NCBI GenBank assembly: GCA_900544175.1
Contig: UQUN01000010.1
Span: 3,392 to 67,391 of the forward strand
Direction of reading: 5' to 3'
From: an uncultured Alistipes sp.
Lineage (GTDB): Bacteria > Bacteroidota > Bacteroidia > Bacteroidales > UBA932
DNA length: 64,000 bases
Positions within the stretch are counted from its first letter, which is position 1. Each line of letters opens with the position of its first letter. A program made the translations under genes and the position numbers. Positions 47,220-58,035 of the stretch are shown in pieces. The notes beneath the pieces were generated by a model that did not search any database, was not told the origin of the DNA, and saw nothing but the letters and a program-made list of their open reading frames with translations.

Positions 47220-48041
47220 ATGGAAGATCCCAGAAGAGTTTTATTCGTCAATTCGGAGATTTACCCCTATATGCCGGAGAGCACCATCTCCATCGTAGGC
47301 AGGTACCTGCCTCAGGGAATACAGGAATCGGGCAAGGAAATAAGAACTTTCATGCCCCGCTACGGATGCATCAATGAACGGCGCAATCAGTTGCACGAGG
47401 TGATCAGACTCTCTGGAATGAATATGGTTATCAATGATATAGACCGACCGTTGGTCATCAAGGTGGCGTCCATATCCTCAGCCAGAATGCAGGTCTACTT
47501 CATCGACAACGATGACTATTTCCACAGAAAGTCGGTATATGAGGATGCTGACGGGAATTTCATGGAAGACAATGACGAAAGGGCCATATTCTTCGCACGA
47601 GGTATTCTGGAGACGGTCAAGAAGCTGAGATGGAGACCTGACATCATACATTGTTCTGGATGGATTTCCCATCTTGTGCCGCTGTATCTTAAGAAAGCAT
47701 ACAAGAACGACCCCATTTTCTCCGATACGAAAGTTGTCATTTCCACCTACAACGAGTACATGGACCGTCATTTCGACCCGGCCATGAAGGGAAAGGTGCC
47801 TGTTGCCGGGATCAAGGCCAAGGATGTGGAACTGCTGAAGGACCCTACTGGCATAAATCTTGCAAAATTGGCGATACAGTATGCAGATGCCGTCATAATA
47901 GGCTCCGAGGAGACGGATCCGGAACTTGCCGCATTCATCGAATCCAGGAAGATAGCAGTGCTTCCCTATACGCCTGTAGACCATCCTGACGGCACATACA
48001 TCAGTAAGTACAACGAATTTTACGACAAACTGATAGACTGA
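47220..48041 (+). CDS. Glycogen/starch-synthase N-terminal-domain-like protein (GT5-like, 273 aa)
   Basis: N-terminus MEDPRRVLFVNSEIYPYMPESTISIVGRYLPQGIQESGKEIRTFMPRYG resembles GlgA N-terminal domain. The C-terminal catalytic half is absent. Confidence 0.55.
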   Translation: MEDPRRVLFVNSEIYPYMPESTISIVGRYLPQGIQESGKEIRTFMPRYGCINERRNQLHEVIRLSGMNMVINDIDRPLVIKVASISSARMQVYFIDNDDYFHRKSVYEDADGNFMEDNDERAIFFARGILETVKKLRWRPDIIHCSGWISHLVPLYLKKAYKNDPIFSDTKVVISTYNEYMDRHFDPAMKGKVPVAGIKAKDVELLKDPTGINLAKLAIQYADAVIIGSEETDPELAAFIESRKIAVLPYTPVDHPDGTYISKYNEFYDKLID

Positions 48042-48042
48042 G

Positions 48043-49404
48043 ATGTCATTGAAGAAAGTAACCGCAGCAGTTGCAGGAGCGTTCCTGGCCCTGCTGCTCC
48101 CTCTGTCCTGTGTCGAGAATGACAGGGCCATGGGTGAAGGACTGCTGCCAGGGCCGTCGATCCTGCATCTGGGCGTAAAGACATTCGACCTCCCTCTTAC
48201 AGTCAGGTCAAGTGATTCCGTGCAGGCTGCAAACGTGGTCAAGATGCTCGTCGGCACTATGACTGACCCTGTATTCGGGACGGTGGTGTGCAATGCGGCG
48301 TCATACATCCTTCCTTATTCGGATTCGACCGATTTCGGAGAGAATCCGGAACTTAGGTCGGCGTACATAGCGCTGTCCGTCGATTCGACATACTATATTG
48401 ACCAGAACCAGCAGGGCATACATCAGAGAATACGCATATACAAGATGAAATCCCGTCTCGGAGACTCGCTGGGATTCTGCAATTCCATATCCCCGGACGA
48501 TTACTATCCGGAGCCTATCACCGACAGTGACCCCGTGATATACGGTACCGGAGAGATAAGGATAGGACTTAAGGACGAATTCGCGCGTGAACTGCTGGAC
48601 ACCACTCCCGAGGAATTCGGAGACACGGACCTTTTCCTTGAAAGGATTCCCGGATTCTACATAGAGACGGAGCCTCCGCTCGGTACAGGTGAAGGAGGAA
48701 GACTCAATGAGATACGGCTTGGGAATTCCACAATAGTGGTCAATTATACTTATAACGACCAGGATAATGGAATATCCCGGGATACCACCGAGTCATTCGC
48801 TTTCGGATACAACACGGCCTTCAATTACTTCAGCACAGGGTCTTCCGGCCTGCAGACCGATGAACCCTCGGATTCGCTGTATCTTGAAGGATTGTCAGGA
48901 GTCAAGCCGCACGTATCGGCGTCTGCTCTCAAGGAGATGATAAGCGCATGGATCGCCGAGGAACGTCTCGGGGACTACACGCTCATCATATCAAGGGCTG
49001 AGCTTGTTCTGCCATATGAGATGCCAGAGGATTTCTCGCGGTTTGACCTCGAGCATCCGGCTTCAATCTATGCGTTCACGTCCGTTCCTTGGGCTACTGA
49101 CAGTACGAAGTACCTGACCATGCTCCCGGAACTGTCGGAGACAGAAAACAAAGGCGAGATCAACAGGTCTCTTTCCCATTACAGCATGGATATCACTTCC
49201 TACGTCCAGAATCTGGTCAATATGGACGTTCAGGACATAGACGCGTCTATGGACCTGTGGCTCGCGCCTCTTACATATCGAACCAATATACTGAACGAGA
49301 CGCATTACGAGTTCGACAACTACAATTACAAGAAGATTATTCTTAACGGTCCGTCATCTGAGAGAAAGCCTGCTCTTACTATTACCTACGGGCTGATGGA
49401 GTAA
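48043..49404 (+). CDS. DUF4270-like lipoprotein
   Basis: Lipobox LLLPLSC. 453 aa. Conserved neighbour of the GlgA-N-like gene in Bacteroidales. Confidence 0.5.
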   Translation: MSLKKVTAAVAGAFLALLLPLSCVENDRAMGEGLLPGPSILHLGVKTFDLPLTVRSSDSVQAANVVKMLVGTMTDPVFGTVVCNAASYILPYSDSTDFGENPELRSAYIALSVDSTYYIDQNQQGIHQRIRIYKMKSRLGDSLGFCNSISPDDYYPEPITDSDPVIYGTGEIRIGLKDEFARELLDTTPEEFGDTDLFLERIPGFYIETEPPLGTGEGGRLNEIRLGNSTIVVNYTYNDQDNGISRDTTESFAFGYNTAFNYFSTGSSGLQTDEPSDSLYLEGLSGVKPHVSASALKEMISAWIAEERLGDYTLIISRAELVLPYEMPEDFSRFDLEHPASIYAFTSVPWATDSTKYLTMLPELSETENKGEINRSLSHYSMDITSYVQNLVNMDVQDIDASMDLWLAPLTYRTNILNETHYEFDNYNYKKIILNGPSSERKPALTITYGLME

Positions 49405-49538
49405 CGGTCCGGGAAACGTGGGTCCCTGTGGGCGTGCCTGCTAAAAAAAAGGGCTAAAGCGCGGGAATGAATCCCTTCGCTATAACCCGTCTGACCGGGC
49501 ATATGGGCCGGTCTTCAGTCTGGTTTTCGCTCTGCGAG

Positions 49539-49775
49539 CTATTTGGTATGCTCTTCGATATAATCGATGGCTTCGCCTACCTTGGAAATCTTTTCGGCTG
49601 CATCATCAGGTATCTCGATGTTGAATTTCTTCTCAAATTCCATGATGAGCTCAACTGTATCGAGAGAGTCAGCACCTAAATCATTTGTAAAACTTGCATC
49701 GCGTGTTACTTCGCTTTCATCAACACCGAGTTTGTTGACGATGATGGCTGTTACTTCAGAAACAATATCTGCCAT
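49539..49775 (-). CDS. acpP: Acyl carrier protein
   Basis: 78 aa. [19 protein letters not shown] phosphopantetheine-attachment Ser motif. Confidence 0.95.
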   Translation of the reverse strand: MADIVSEVTAIIVNKLGVDESEVTRDASFTNDLGADSLDTVELIMEFEKKFNIEIPDDAAEKISKVGEAIDYIEEHTK

Positions 49776-49856
49776 GGTCTAAATTTTAGTTAATAATTAG
49801 TTTTAAAATAAATTTGCTGCAAACTAACATATAATTTTTTAAATAATGAAATTTTT

Positions 49857-50489
49857 ATGAACTTTGCAAGAATACAAACCCTTTGTAAAATGGGAGAAAA
49901 AATACCGAATATCGTCATATTTGCTTCAGGATCAGGTACAAACGCCGAGAATATAATTTTGTGGTCAAAGAGTAGGGAAACTTACCGTGTCAAGGCCGTG
50001 TTCTGCAACCGCAAGGATGCATTCGTGCTGACAAGGGCGGAAAGGCTGGGAATACCTTATTATACGTTCACAGCTGCTGATTTCAGAGACAACAAGTTGG
50101 CTGGCAGTGACGGACGCATATTGACAGACGTGCTTGCAGAGCTTGGAACGGATTATATCATACTTGCCGGTTTCCTCCTCAAGGTGCCCGGGTATCTGCT
50201 GGAGGCATATCCGGGAAGGATCCTGAACATCCATCCGGCTCTTCTTCCGGCTTACGGAGGCAAGGGTATGTACGGTGACAATGTTCACAGGGCTGTTATT
50301 GCTGCCGGAGAGAAAGAATCCGGTATAACCATACATGTTGTCGACGATCAGTATGACCATGGCCGTATAATCTATCAGGCCAGATGCCGGATAGCTCCGG
50401 AGGACACTCCCGAGACCCTGTTCGCGAAGGTACATGAGCTGGAAAGTGCATACCCGCAAGTCATAGAGAATTTCATACAGTCAAGATGA
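49857..50489 (+). CDS. purN: Phosphoribosylglycinamide formyltransferase
   Basis: IVIFASGSGTNAENII and NIHPALLP / HVVDDQYDHG motifs. Start may be the internal Met at 49890. Confidence 0.85.
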   Translation: MNFARIQTLCKMGEKIPNIVIFASGSGTNAENIILWSKSRETYRVKAVFCNRKDAFVLTRAERLGIPYYTFTAADFRDNKLAGSDGRILTDVLAELGTDYIILAGFLLKVPGYLLEAYPGRILNIHPALLPAYGGKGMYGDNVHRAVIAAGEKESGITIHVVDDQYDHGRIIYQARCRIAPEDTPETLFAKVHELESAYPQVIENFIQSR

Positions 50490-51451
50490 AATACATGATA
50501 GAAAATCTGCAGGACAAAATACTCTCTGGTCAGGGGCTCTGCTTCGATGAGGCGGTCTGGCTGGCTGAGAGGGCCGGGATTGAGCCGTTGTGCATGGCGG
50601 CAGGAAAGATCACGGAGCAGTGCGCGCCCCGGAAATTTGACCTGTGCTCGATCATAAACGCGAAATCCGGCCGCTGCCCGGAGGACTGCAAGTGGTGTGC
50701 GCAGTCCGCCCGGTACAGCACAGGAGCAGAGACATATCCCTTGGTGTCGAAGGAGGAATGCCTGAGACATGCGATGGTCAACGAGGAGGCCGGGATAGGG
50801 CGCTTCTCTCTCGTTACAAGCGGGAAAAGACTGTCAGACAGGGAAGTGGACGAGGTGTGCGAAAGGGTCAGGTATGTCCGGGACAACAGTCACGTCAGCA
50901 TATGCGCATCTCTGGGGCTTCTTTCCGAGGATGCCTTGCATAGACTCCATGAGGCAGGCGTGTCCCGCTATCATTGCAATATGGAGTCCGCTCCGTCGTA
51001 TTTCCATAAGTTATGCACAACTCATACGCAGGAGGAGAAAAGACATACCCTTGAGGCAGCCGTCCGTACAGGGATGGATATCTGCTCCGGCGGCATCATC
51101 GGCATGGGCGAGACCATGGCGCAGAGGGTAGAGCTGGCATTTTTCCTCAGGAGTCTCGATGTGCGGTCCATACCTATAAATATACTCTCCCCCATACCCG
51201 GAACACCGCTTGAGAATACCCCGCTCATATCCTCGGAGGAAATCCTGCGCACCATAGCCGTGTTCCGCTTCATCCATCCTTCGGCGTATCTTAGATTTGC
51301 CGGAGGAAGGTCCAGACTGTCCCGCGAGGATGTCCTGAGAGCCATGCGCGCCGGCATCAACTCCGCAATAGCAGGAGACCTGCTGACGACTGTCGGCTCC
51401 AAAGTCGCGGAAGACAGAGAACTTATAAAAAATGCAGGTTATGAATTGTAA
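50486..51451 (+). CDS. bioB: Biotin synthase
   Basis: Radical [14 protein letters not shown] cluster and BioB C-terminal Cys residues. Overlaps purN stop by 4 nt. Confidence 0.9.
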   Translation: MKYMIENLQDKILSGQGLCFDEAVWLAERAGIEPLCMAAGKITEQCAPRKFDLCSIINAKSGRCPEDCKWCAQSARYSTGAETYPLVSKEECLRHAMVNEEAGIGRFSLVTSGKRLSDREVDEVCERVRYVRDNSHVSICASLGLLSEDALHRLHEAGVSRYHCNMESAPSYFHKLCTTHTQEEKRHTLEAAVRTGMDICSGGIIGMGETMAQRVELAFFLRSLDVRSIPINILSPIPGTPLENTPLISSEEILRTIAVFRFIHPSAYLRFAGGRSRLSREDVLRAMRAGINSAIAGDLLTTVGSKVAEDRELIKNAGYEL

Positions 51452-52742
51452 TTCGGATCCAAATATCAGTTTCGATGAATTTGACCGTGCCCATCTCTGG
51501 CATCCATATACATCGGCCGTAAATCCGTTGCCGACTTACAAGGTGCGCAGTGCTTCAGGGTGCCGGATCACCCTTGAAGACGGAACGGAACTTGTCGAGG
51601 GTATGTCTTCATGGTGGTGCGCCGTCCATGGTTACAACAACCCGGTGCTCAATGAGGCTGTACGCAGACAGCTGGATTCCATGGCGCACGTGATGTTCGG
51701 GGGACTGACTCATCAGCCGGCCATAGATCTGGGCAGACTGCTGCTGGGTATCGTTCCGCCGTCGATGAAGCATATTTTCTACGCGGACAGCGGCTCGGTG
51801 GCAGTGGAGGTTGCCATGAAGATGGCCGTGCAGTACCAGTTTGCCGCAGGCCGGCCTGCGAGGACAAATTTCGTTACTATCCGTTCCGGCTATCATGGAG
51901 ATACGTGGAATGCCATGTCTGTGTGTGATCCTGTCACAGGCATGCACTCGCTTTTCGGTCCCGCTCTGCCGGTAAGGCATTTCGTCCCGTCCCCCAGCAG
52001 CCGTTTTGACGGAGAGTGGCATCCGTCGGACGCAGAGTCTCTGCGCTGTGTCGTGGAACGTTACTCGGATGAACTGGCGGCCCTGATACTCGAGCCGGTT
52101 GTGCAGGGCGCAGGCGGCATGTGGTTCTATCACCCGCAGTATCTGGTCGAGGCGGCAAGGATATGCCGGGAACACGGACTTCTGTTGATCTTCGATGAGA
52201 TAGCCACAGGTTTCGGGCGCACCGGTAAGCTGTTCGCATGGGAGCACACAGGTGTGGAGCCGGACATCATGTGTATCGGCAAGGCTTTGACCGGGGGATA
52301 TATGACATTCTCCGCAGTGCTCGCATCCGGTCCTGTCGCCGGTACCATATCCGGCAGCGGGCCTGGGGTCTTCATGCACGGCCCTACGTTCATGGGCAAT
52401 CCGCTTGCCTGTGCAGTGTCTCTTGCCTCTACCAGGCTGCTGCTTGAAAGCGGCTGGCAGGAGAATGTACGCAGGATAGAGGCCTGGTTGCGGCAGGAAC
52501 TCGCGCCGGCACGTCAGTTGCCTCAGGTGGCGGATGTTAGGGTGCTGGGAGCTATAGGAGTCATCGAAATGAAGAAGCCTGTGGATATGGCATGGATGCA
52601 GAAGCGGTTTGTGGAAGAGGGAATATGGCTTCGTCCTTTCGGACGTTTAGTGTACTGCATGCCTCCGTTTGTCATACAGCCGGATGAACTTTCATTCCTG
52701 ACTTCCAAGATGTTGAAAATAGTAAAGGAAATCAGGCCATGA
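51432..52742 (+). CDS. bioA: Adenosylmethionine-8-amino-7-oxononanoate aminotransferase
   Basis: Class III PLP aminotransferase (...[19 protein letters not shown]...). Overlaps bioB end. Confidence 0.9.
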   Translation: MQVMNCNSDPNISFDEFDRAHLWHPYTSAVNPLPTYKVRSASGCRITLEDGTELVEGMSSWWCAVHGYNNPVLNEAVRRQLDSMAHVMFGGLTHQPAIDLGRLLLGIVPPSMKHIFYADSGSVAVEVAMKMAVQYQFAAGRPARTNFVTIRSGYHGDTWNAMSVCDPVTGMHSLFGPALPVRHFVPSPSSRFDGEWHPSDAESLRCVVERYSDELAALILEPVVQGAGGMWFYHPQYLVEAARICREHGLLLIFDEIATGFGRTGKLFAWEHTGVEPDIMCIGKALTGGYMTFSAVLASGPVAGTISGSGPGVFMHGPTFMGNPLACAVSLASTRLLLESGWQENVRRIEAWLRQELAPARQLPQVADVRVLGAIGVIEMKKPVDMAWMQKRFVEEGIWLRPFGRLVYCMPPFVIQPDELSFLTSKMLKIVKEIRP

Positions 52743-53923
52743 AGATGATGGAGATGGAAAGCCCGCTGCTGTCCGGACTTGGAAGGGAACTCGAAAAACT
52801 TAAAGACTCAGGTGCTTTCAGGACGTTGCCTGAAGTGCAGCACAGCGGGAAATGGATCGTAGACGATAAAGGTCACTGGATGCTGAACCTGTCATCCAAC
52901 GACTATCTCGGACTGGTGGCTGACAACCTTCTGTACGAGGAGTTTATGAGACTGCCCGGTGTAGGTGTGCTGCCTTTCTCTTCCTCATCGTCCAGGCTGC
53001 TCACAGGCAATTCCGGCATATACTCCAGACTTGAGGACACACTCGCTTCTCTTTACGGGAGGGAGAGTGCGCTGGTTCTCAGCAGCGGCTATCACATGAA
53101 TACGGGAATCCTTCCGGCACTGTGTGACAGCAGGGCCTTGATACTGGCCGACAAGCTCGTACATGCCAGTCTTATAGACGGAATAAGGCTCAGCCCCTGT
53201 CATTGTATACGCTACCGTCATCAGGACTATTCCCAGCTTGAGAGTATAATAGAAAAGGTGCATGGACAGTACAGCCGCATTTTCATTGTCACAGAAAGCA
53301 TATTCAGCATGGACGGTGACCTGGCTCCGCTGCAGCGGTTGGTCGGGATAAGACGCCGCTGGAACAATGTCGTGCTTTATGTGGACGAGGCGCATGCCGT
53401 GGGGGTACGCGGAAAGAACGGGCTTGGTCTGGCGGAGGAGGCGGGATGCCTGAAGGAAATAGACCTGATCTGCGGTACTTTCGGTAAGGCTCTGGCCTCG
53501 ACCGGAGCATTCGTGATCTGCGATAAGGTCATAAAGGACTGGCTGGTAAACAAGATGCGCACTCTGATATTCACCACAGCCATACCGCCTGTCAATCTGG
53601 CCTGGACTCAGTTCATAGTAGAGCGGCTCTCCTCTTTCGGCGACCGCAGGGACAGACTTGCCGGATACGCGGCGGAACTCAGGACGGCATTGGCCGACAA
53701 AGGTATATCCCATCCGTCGGAAAGTCATATAGTTCCCATGATAGCCGGGACCAGTGAGGATGCCGTAATGACAGCTGAAGTCATGCGGCGCAAAGGTTTC
53801 TACGTCCTTCCGATCCGTCCTCCTACAGTGCCTGAGGGCACGTCGCGCCTGCGGTTTTCCCTTACCGCCGCTTTGGACAGCAGTGATGTGGACCGTCTGG
53901 CAGCAAGCATTAAGACCCTTTGA
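52739..53923 (+). CDS. bioF: 8-amino-7-oxononanoate synthase
   Basis: Alpha-oxoamine synthase family (...SMDGDLAPL..., GTFGKAL lysine motif). Overlaps bioA stop. Confidence 0.9.
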   Translation: MKMMEMESPLLSGLGRELEKLKDSGAFRTLPEVQHSGKWIVDDKGHWMLNLSSNDYLGLVADNLLYEEFMRLPGVGVLPFSSSSSRLLTGNSGIYSRLEDTLASLYGRESALVLSSGYHMNTGILPALCDSRALILADKLVHASLIDGIRLSPCHCIRYRHQDYSQLESIIEKVHGQYSRIFIVTESIFSMDGDLAPLQRLVGIRRRWNNVVLYVDEAHAVGVRGKNGLGLAEEAGCLKEIDLICGTFGKALASTGAFVICDKVIKDWLVNKMRTLIFTTAIPPVNLAWTQFIVERLSSFGDRRDRLAGYAAELRTALADKGISHPSESHIVPMIAGTSEDAVMTAEVMRRKGFYVLPIRPPTVPEGTSRLRFSLTAALDSSDVDRLAASIKTL

Positions 53924-54645
53924 GGATGAGACAGACATTCTTGAGACATACGGACGGGAATGATTCCCTTATGCTGTTTTTCGCAGGATGGGGAGCGGAA
54001 CCCTGCATGTTCGCCGAGCCGGAATCCGGCATGACGGCGGGACGGCTTCCTTATGATATACTTTTGTGCTGGGACTATCGTAGTATGGATTTCGACATGG
54101 AGGTGCCGAGGCGGTACGGGACCATACGTATTCTCGCATGGTCAATGGGGGTAAGCATGGCCGGACGGCTGCTGGCCGCTACCTCATCCGGGCATGATAT
54201 CAGCCCGCTGGTTACTGACTCGCTCGCCGTCTGCGGCACACCGTTTCCGATAGATGATCAGCGGGGCATACCCAAGGCTATATTTGACGGTACTGCAGAC
54301 GGACTGTCGGACAGGAGTATGGCAAAATTCAGGCGCAGGATGTGCGGCTCGTCCGAAGCTCTTGACCAGCTTCTGTCATCCGGACTTACACGCACGACAG
54401 AAGAACTGCGCGAAGAGCTCCTGTCCATACGTGATGCAGTCCTTGAGTGCAGTGATGTGGAATCCGCAGCTTGTCTCTGGCGGCGCGCCATAGTCGGCAC
54501 GGAGGACATGATCTTTCCTGCGTCCAATCAGAGGCGGGCATGGGAAAGTCTCGGCGTGCCGTATGTCATATCGGACATGCCTCATTACGAAACCCGGCTG
54601 TTCAGGCAGCTGCTCTATCAACAGGATTCATGGACAAGACTCTGA
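53920..54645 (+). CDS. bioG: Pimeloyl-ACP methyl ester esterase BioG (DUF452 type)
   Basis: 241 aa alpha/beta-hydrolase-like with AWSMGV nucleophile elbow, located between bioF and bioC. Confidence 0.7.
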   Translation: MRMRQTFLRHTDGNDSLMLFFAGWGAEPCMFAEPESGMTAGRLPYDILLCWDYRSMDFDMEVPRRYGTIRILAWSMGVSMAGRLLAATSSGHDISPLVTDSLAVCGTPFPIDDQRGIPKAIFDGTADGLSDRSMAKFRRRMCGSSEALDQLLSSGLTRTTEELREELLSIRDAVLECSDVESAACLWRRAIVGTEDMIFPASNQRRAWESLGVPYVISDMPHYETRLFRQLLYQQDSWTRL

Positions 54646-55445
54646 TACGTAGCAGGTTTTCCAGGGCAATGGACAGTTACGGCGAATTTGCCGGAGCCCA
54701 GCGTGATATCGCGGATAAAATGTGCCGCAAGATATGCGCCCTGCCTGAGTTCGGGCATACCGGCCTTTCTCCTGCAGACATAGGACCAGTGCTGGAGGTG
54801 GGATGCGGTGCGGGTATGTTCACACGCATGCTGCTCCGCTGCTTCCGTCCGGAAAGTCTGACACTCGTGGATATCTGTCCGGAAGCGCGGCAGGCTGCAG
54901 GCGACATTCTGTGCAGGGAGGACATCCGTCCTGAGTTCATCTGCGGAGATGCCGAGCACTGTTCCTTGCCGGATGGCATGGCTCTCGTTGTTTCCTGCTC
55001 CGCACTGCAGTGGTTTGAGGACCAGGCGGCGTTCCTGCACAAATGTGCGGGTCTTCTGAGGAACGGTGGTGTTCTCGCCATAAGCACTTTCGGCCCGGAC
55101 AATCTGAAGGAGATCAAGGCTCTTACCGGTTGTGGTCTGCAGTACCGTCCGCTTGGATGGTACTGCGATGTTCTTGAAGCTTCCGGCTTGCAGACAGTCA
55201 CTGCTGAGGAGGAAAACATGGTCCTGTCTTTCTCGTCTCCGACTGAAGTTCTACGGCATCTCAAGAATACAGGTGTAACCGGAATAGTCCGTACAGCCTG
55301 GACCAGAGGCAGTCTTGTGTCGTTCTCGAAGCGGTACTACGGCTTGTACGGAAAGAGACTTTCCGATGGGTCTGTCTCTGCGGAGGTGCCTTTGACTTAT
55401 AACCCGGTATATCTTATCGCCAGAAAACGGCCTTCTTTGCGTTAG
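54630..55445 (+). CDS. bioC: Malonyl-ACP O-methyltransferase
   Basis: Start at MDKTLIRSRFSRAMDSY (internal Met; upstream track extension overlaps bioG). SAM-binding LEVGCGAGMFT. Confidence 0.75.
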   Translation: MDKTLIRSRFSRAMDSYGEFAGAQRDIADKMCRKICALPEFGHTGLSPADIGPVLEVGCGAGMFTRMLLRCFRPESLTLVDICPEARQAAGDILCREDIRPEFICGDAEHCSLPDGMALVVSCSALQWFEDQAAFLHKCAGLLRNGGVLAISTFGPDNLKEIKALTGCGLQYRPLGWYCDVLEASGLQTVTAEEENMVLSFSSPTEVLRHLKNTGVTGIVRTAWTRGSLVSFSKRYYGLYGKRLSDGSVSAEVPLTYNPVYLIARKRPSLR

Positions 55446-55452
55446 CGCTCTG

Positions 55453-56124
55453 TCAGCGGTTATGGGACCGGACAGTACCGGAAAGGTACGGCACAGTCAT
55501 AAAATATGTTCCGGGCCATTCTTCTGAAAGGACTTCCCGTATGTAGGCTTCTGTATCTTTCCGTATGGTATCGTCGTCTTCGCGTGGATACAGGTTGTAC
55601 GCTACGGTATGCAGCCGGATGCCCCTTCGGCGCACTGCCTCGAGCCCGAGGAGGAAGTGGTTGATGCTGCCCAGCCGGCCTGATGTCACATATATGAGAG
55701 GATATCCTTTCCTGGCTATGTAGTCTATGGTAAGCAGTTGCCTGGTCAGCGGCACCATAAGTCCTCCGGCTCCTTCTATCAGAACTGCGTCCCACCTGTC
55801 GCTCAGTTCTGTGGTGGCTCTTTCTATTTTCTCGAAATCTATGGGTCTGTGGTCGATCTCGGCGGCCAGATGGGGCGAGCACGGGTATGAGTAGATTTCC
55901 GGCATCGTCAGTCTTTCCCTGTCTTCCGGGAACAGTCCGGTACCCATAATCCGCCGGTGCAGCTCGATGTCTTCCGACAAGCCGTCATTGCCTGTCTGTA
56001 TGAGTTTCTGTGTTATTGTCCTCCGGCCTGCGGCGTTCCATTCGCGGGCTATGTAGCCGGTAGCGTAGCTCTTGCCGATATTGGTATCAATGCCGCTTAC
56101 AAAATATACGTTGTCCTTTGTCAT
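55453..56124 (-). CDS. bioD: Dethiobiotin synthetase
   Basis: Start at MTKDNVYFVSGIDTNIGKSYA (P-loop). Convergent with bioC. Confidence 0.85.
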   Translation of the reverse strand: MTKDNVYFVSGIDTNIGKSYATGYIAREWNAAGRRTITQKLIQTGNDGLSEDIELHRRIMGTGLFPEDRERLTMPEIYSYPCSPHLAAEIDHRPIDFEKIERATTELSDRWDAVLIEGAGGLMVPLTRQLLTIDYIARKGYPLIYVTSGRLGSINHFLLGLEAVRRRGIRLHTVAYNLYPREDDDTIRKDTEAYIREVLSEEWPGTYFMTVPYLSGTVRSHNR

Positions 56125-56323
56125 CTCTGATGTATTTATATGTCGGCTTGCAAATTTACTGAAAATACGCACACGTGTAAGGGCAAGTCTCACGGAGTGA
56201 TGTGTCGAAAATGTCGTCCGCCGGATATTTTATATTTTTATAATAACTTGATCGGCCGGTATTTGACCTTAAAATTCCTTGGTCGAAAATGTTTGTTTTT
56301 TTTGAAAAAAAACATCAAAAAAG

Positions 56324-56354
56324 TTTGGTGTTAAAGGAATTTGTAATATCTTTG
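56324..56354 (+). promoter_or_regulatory. Bacteroidetes sigmaA-type promoter for the rplP ribosomal cluster (-33 TTTG 56324-56327, -7 TATCTTTG 56347-56354)
   Basis: Canonical spacing (20 nt) and exact TAnnTTTG, 68 nt upstream of rplP ATG. Confidence 0.55.
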
Positions 56355-56421
56355 CAGCCCCGATAAAGGGTGAATTATGTTTATTTGACTGGAAATAATA
56401 GACTTACAAAAAGTATAGACA

Positions 56422-56844
56422 ATGTTACAACCAAAGAAAACCAAGTTCAGAAGGCAGCAGAAAGGTCGGATGAAAGGAAATGCTCATCGCGGAACCGAGC
56501 TTTCTTTCGGCTCTTTCGGCATCAAGACTCTTGAGTCTGCATGGCTTACCGGCCAGCAGATAGAGGCTGCCCGTCAGGCTGTAGTGCGTTACATGAAACG
56601 TGAAGGTAAGATCTGGATTCGCGTTTTTCCTGACAAACCTTATACAAAGAAACCTGCGGAGGTACGTATGGGTAAAGGTAAGGGTAATCCTGAGGGATTC
56701 GTCGCACCTATCACTCCCGGACGTATGCTGATAGAGGCGGAAGGTGTGCCTTTGGAAGTCGCAAAGGAGGCTCTCCGTCTTGGAGCACAGAAGCTTCCCG
56801 TGACTACCAAATTTGTAGTCCGCAGAGATTATGTTGAACAGTAA
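56422..56844 (+). CDS. rplP: 50S ribosomal protein L16
   Basis: [19 protein letters not shown]... Confidence 0.95.
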   Translation: MLQPKKTKFRRQQKGRMKGNAHRGTELSFGSFGIKTLESAWLTGQQIEAARQAVVRYMKREGKIWIRVFPDKPYTKKPAEVRMGKGKGNPEGFVAPITPGRMLIEAEGVPLEVAKEALRLGAQKLPVTTKFVVRRDYVEQ

Positions 56845-56862
56845 TAAACCGGAGGAGAAGAA

Positions 56863-57066
56863 ATGAAACCCAAGGAAATTAGAGAAATGTCTATCAAGGA
56901 CCTGCGCGAGCGTATCGAGACTGAGAGGGCCAACCTGGCGCAGATGAAGCTCAACCATGCTGTCTCCCCCATTGAGGATACCTCAAAGATCAGAAAGGCA
57001 GGAAAGGACATCGCCCGTATGCTCACCATCCTGACTGAAAAGGAAAACCAGGCAAAAGCAGAGTAA
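56863..57066 (+). CDS. rpmC: 50S ribosomal protein L29
   Basis: 67 aa, ...[21 protein letters not shown]... Confidence 0.9.
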   Translation: MKPKEIREMSIKDLRERIETERANLAQMKLNHAVSPIEDTSKIRKAGKDIARMLTILTEKENQAKAE

Positions 57067-57071
57067 CAGTT

Positions 57072-57326
57072 ATGGAAAGAAATTTACGCAAGGAAAGAAT
57101 CGGGGTGGTGGTCAGCAACAAGATGGACAAGTCTATCGTAGTTGCCGTGAGAGTCAAGGAAAAACACCCTGTTTACGGCAAGTTCGTGAACAAGACCACC
57201 AAGTTCGTCGCTCATGACGATAAGAATATATGCGACGAAGGCGATACGGTCCGCATCATGGAGACCCGTCCCCTGAGCAAGACCAAACGCTGGAGATTAG
57301 TAGAAATCGTAGAAAAAGTGAAGTAA
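57072..57326 (+). CDS. rpsQ: 30S ribosomal protein S17
   Basis: [21 protein letters not shown]... Confidence 0.9.
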   Translation: MERNLRKERIGVVVSNKMDKSIVVAVRVKEKHPVYGKFVNKTTKFVAHDDKNICDEGDTVRIMETRPLSKTKRWRLVEIVEKVK

Positions 57327-57327
57327 A

Positions 57328-57693
57328 ATGATACAACAGGAATCACGTTTAATGGTAGCTGACAACAGCGGCGCCAAAGAGGTGCTCTGCATCCGTGTAC
57401 TCGGAGGCACCCGTCGCCGTTACGCCAGCGTCGGCGACAAGATCGTTGTCGCTGTCAAGAGCGCTATCCCGGGCGGTGATGCCAAGAAGGGATCGGTCTC
57501 CAAGGCCGTAGTAGTGCGTACAAAGAAGGAGATCCGTCGTCCGGACGGCTCATATATCCGTTTTGATGACAATGCCTGCGTTCTTTTGAACAATCAGGGC
57601 GAGGTCCGCGGAACACGTATTTTCGGCCCTGTTGCCCGTGAGCTGCGTGACAACTATATGAAAATTGTCTCCCTTGCACCCGAGGTTCTTTAA
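57328..57693 (+). CDS. rplN: 50S ribosomal protein L14
   Basis: [27 protein letters not shown]... Confidence 0.95.
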   Translation: MIQQESRLMVADNSGAKEVLCIRVLGGTRRRYASVGDKIVVAVKSAIPGGDAKKGSVSKAVVVRTKKEIRRPDGSYIRFDDNACVLLNNQGEVRGTRIFGPVARELRDNYMKIVSLAPEVL

Positions 57694-57711
57694 TATATAG
57701 GAGGTACAGAC

Positions 57712-58035
57712 ATGAACAGGAAATTACATATCAAGAAAGGGGACATGGTCTACGTGAATGCCGGTGATGACAAAGGCAAGACCGGAAAGGTTCTCGAGAT
57801 CATCACTAAGAAGAACCGCGCAATCGTGGAGGGTGTGAACATGGTGAGCAAGCATACGAAGCCTAACGCAAAGCATCCTCAGGGCGGTATTATAAAACAG
57901 GAAGCAGGAGTTCATATTTCCAACCTTCAGGTAGTGGATCCGGCAAAAGGAGGCCCTACCAGGATCGGCCGCCGTATGGGCGAGAAAGGGAAATTGGTCC
58001 GTTACGCTAAAAAATCAGGAGAGGAGATCAAATAA
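57712..58035 (+). CDS. rplX: 50S ribosomal protein L24
   Basis: [24 protein letters not shown]... Confidence 0.9.
   Translation: MNRKLHIKKGDMVYVNAGDDKGKTGKVLEIITKKNRAIVEGVNMVSKHTKPNAKHPQGGIIKQEAGVHISNLQVVDPAKGGPTRIGRRMGEKGKLVRYAKKSGEEIK

Noticed and set aside
56293-56315. Palindrome TTG-T8-G-A8-CAA as an intrinsic terminator for bioD or an upstream gene.
   Set aside because: The stem is pure A/T with no G/C clamp and sits upstream of both flanking genes (bioD start, rplP promoter). It is more likely an AT-tract, UP-element-like or protein-binding feature than a terminator, so it is reported only inside the ribosomal-cluster finding.
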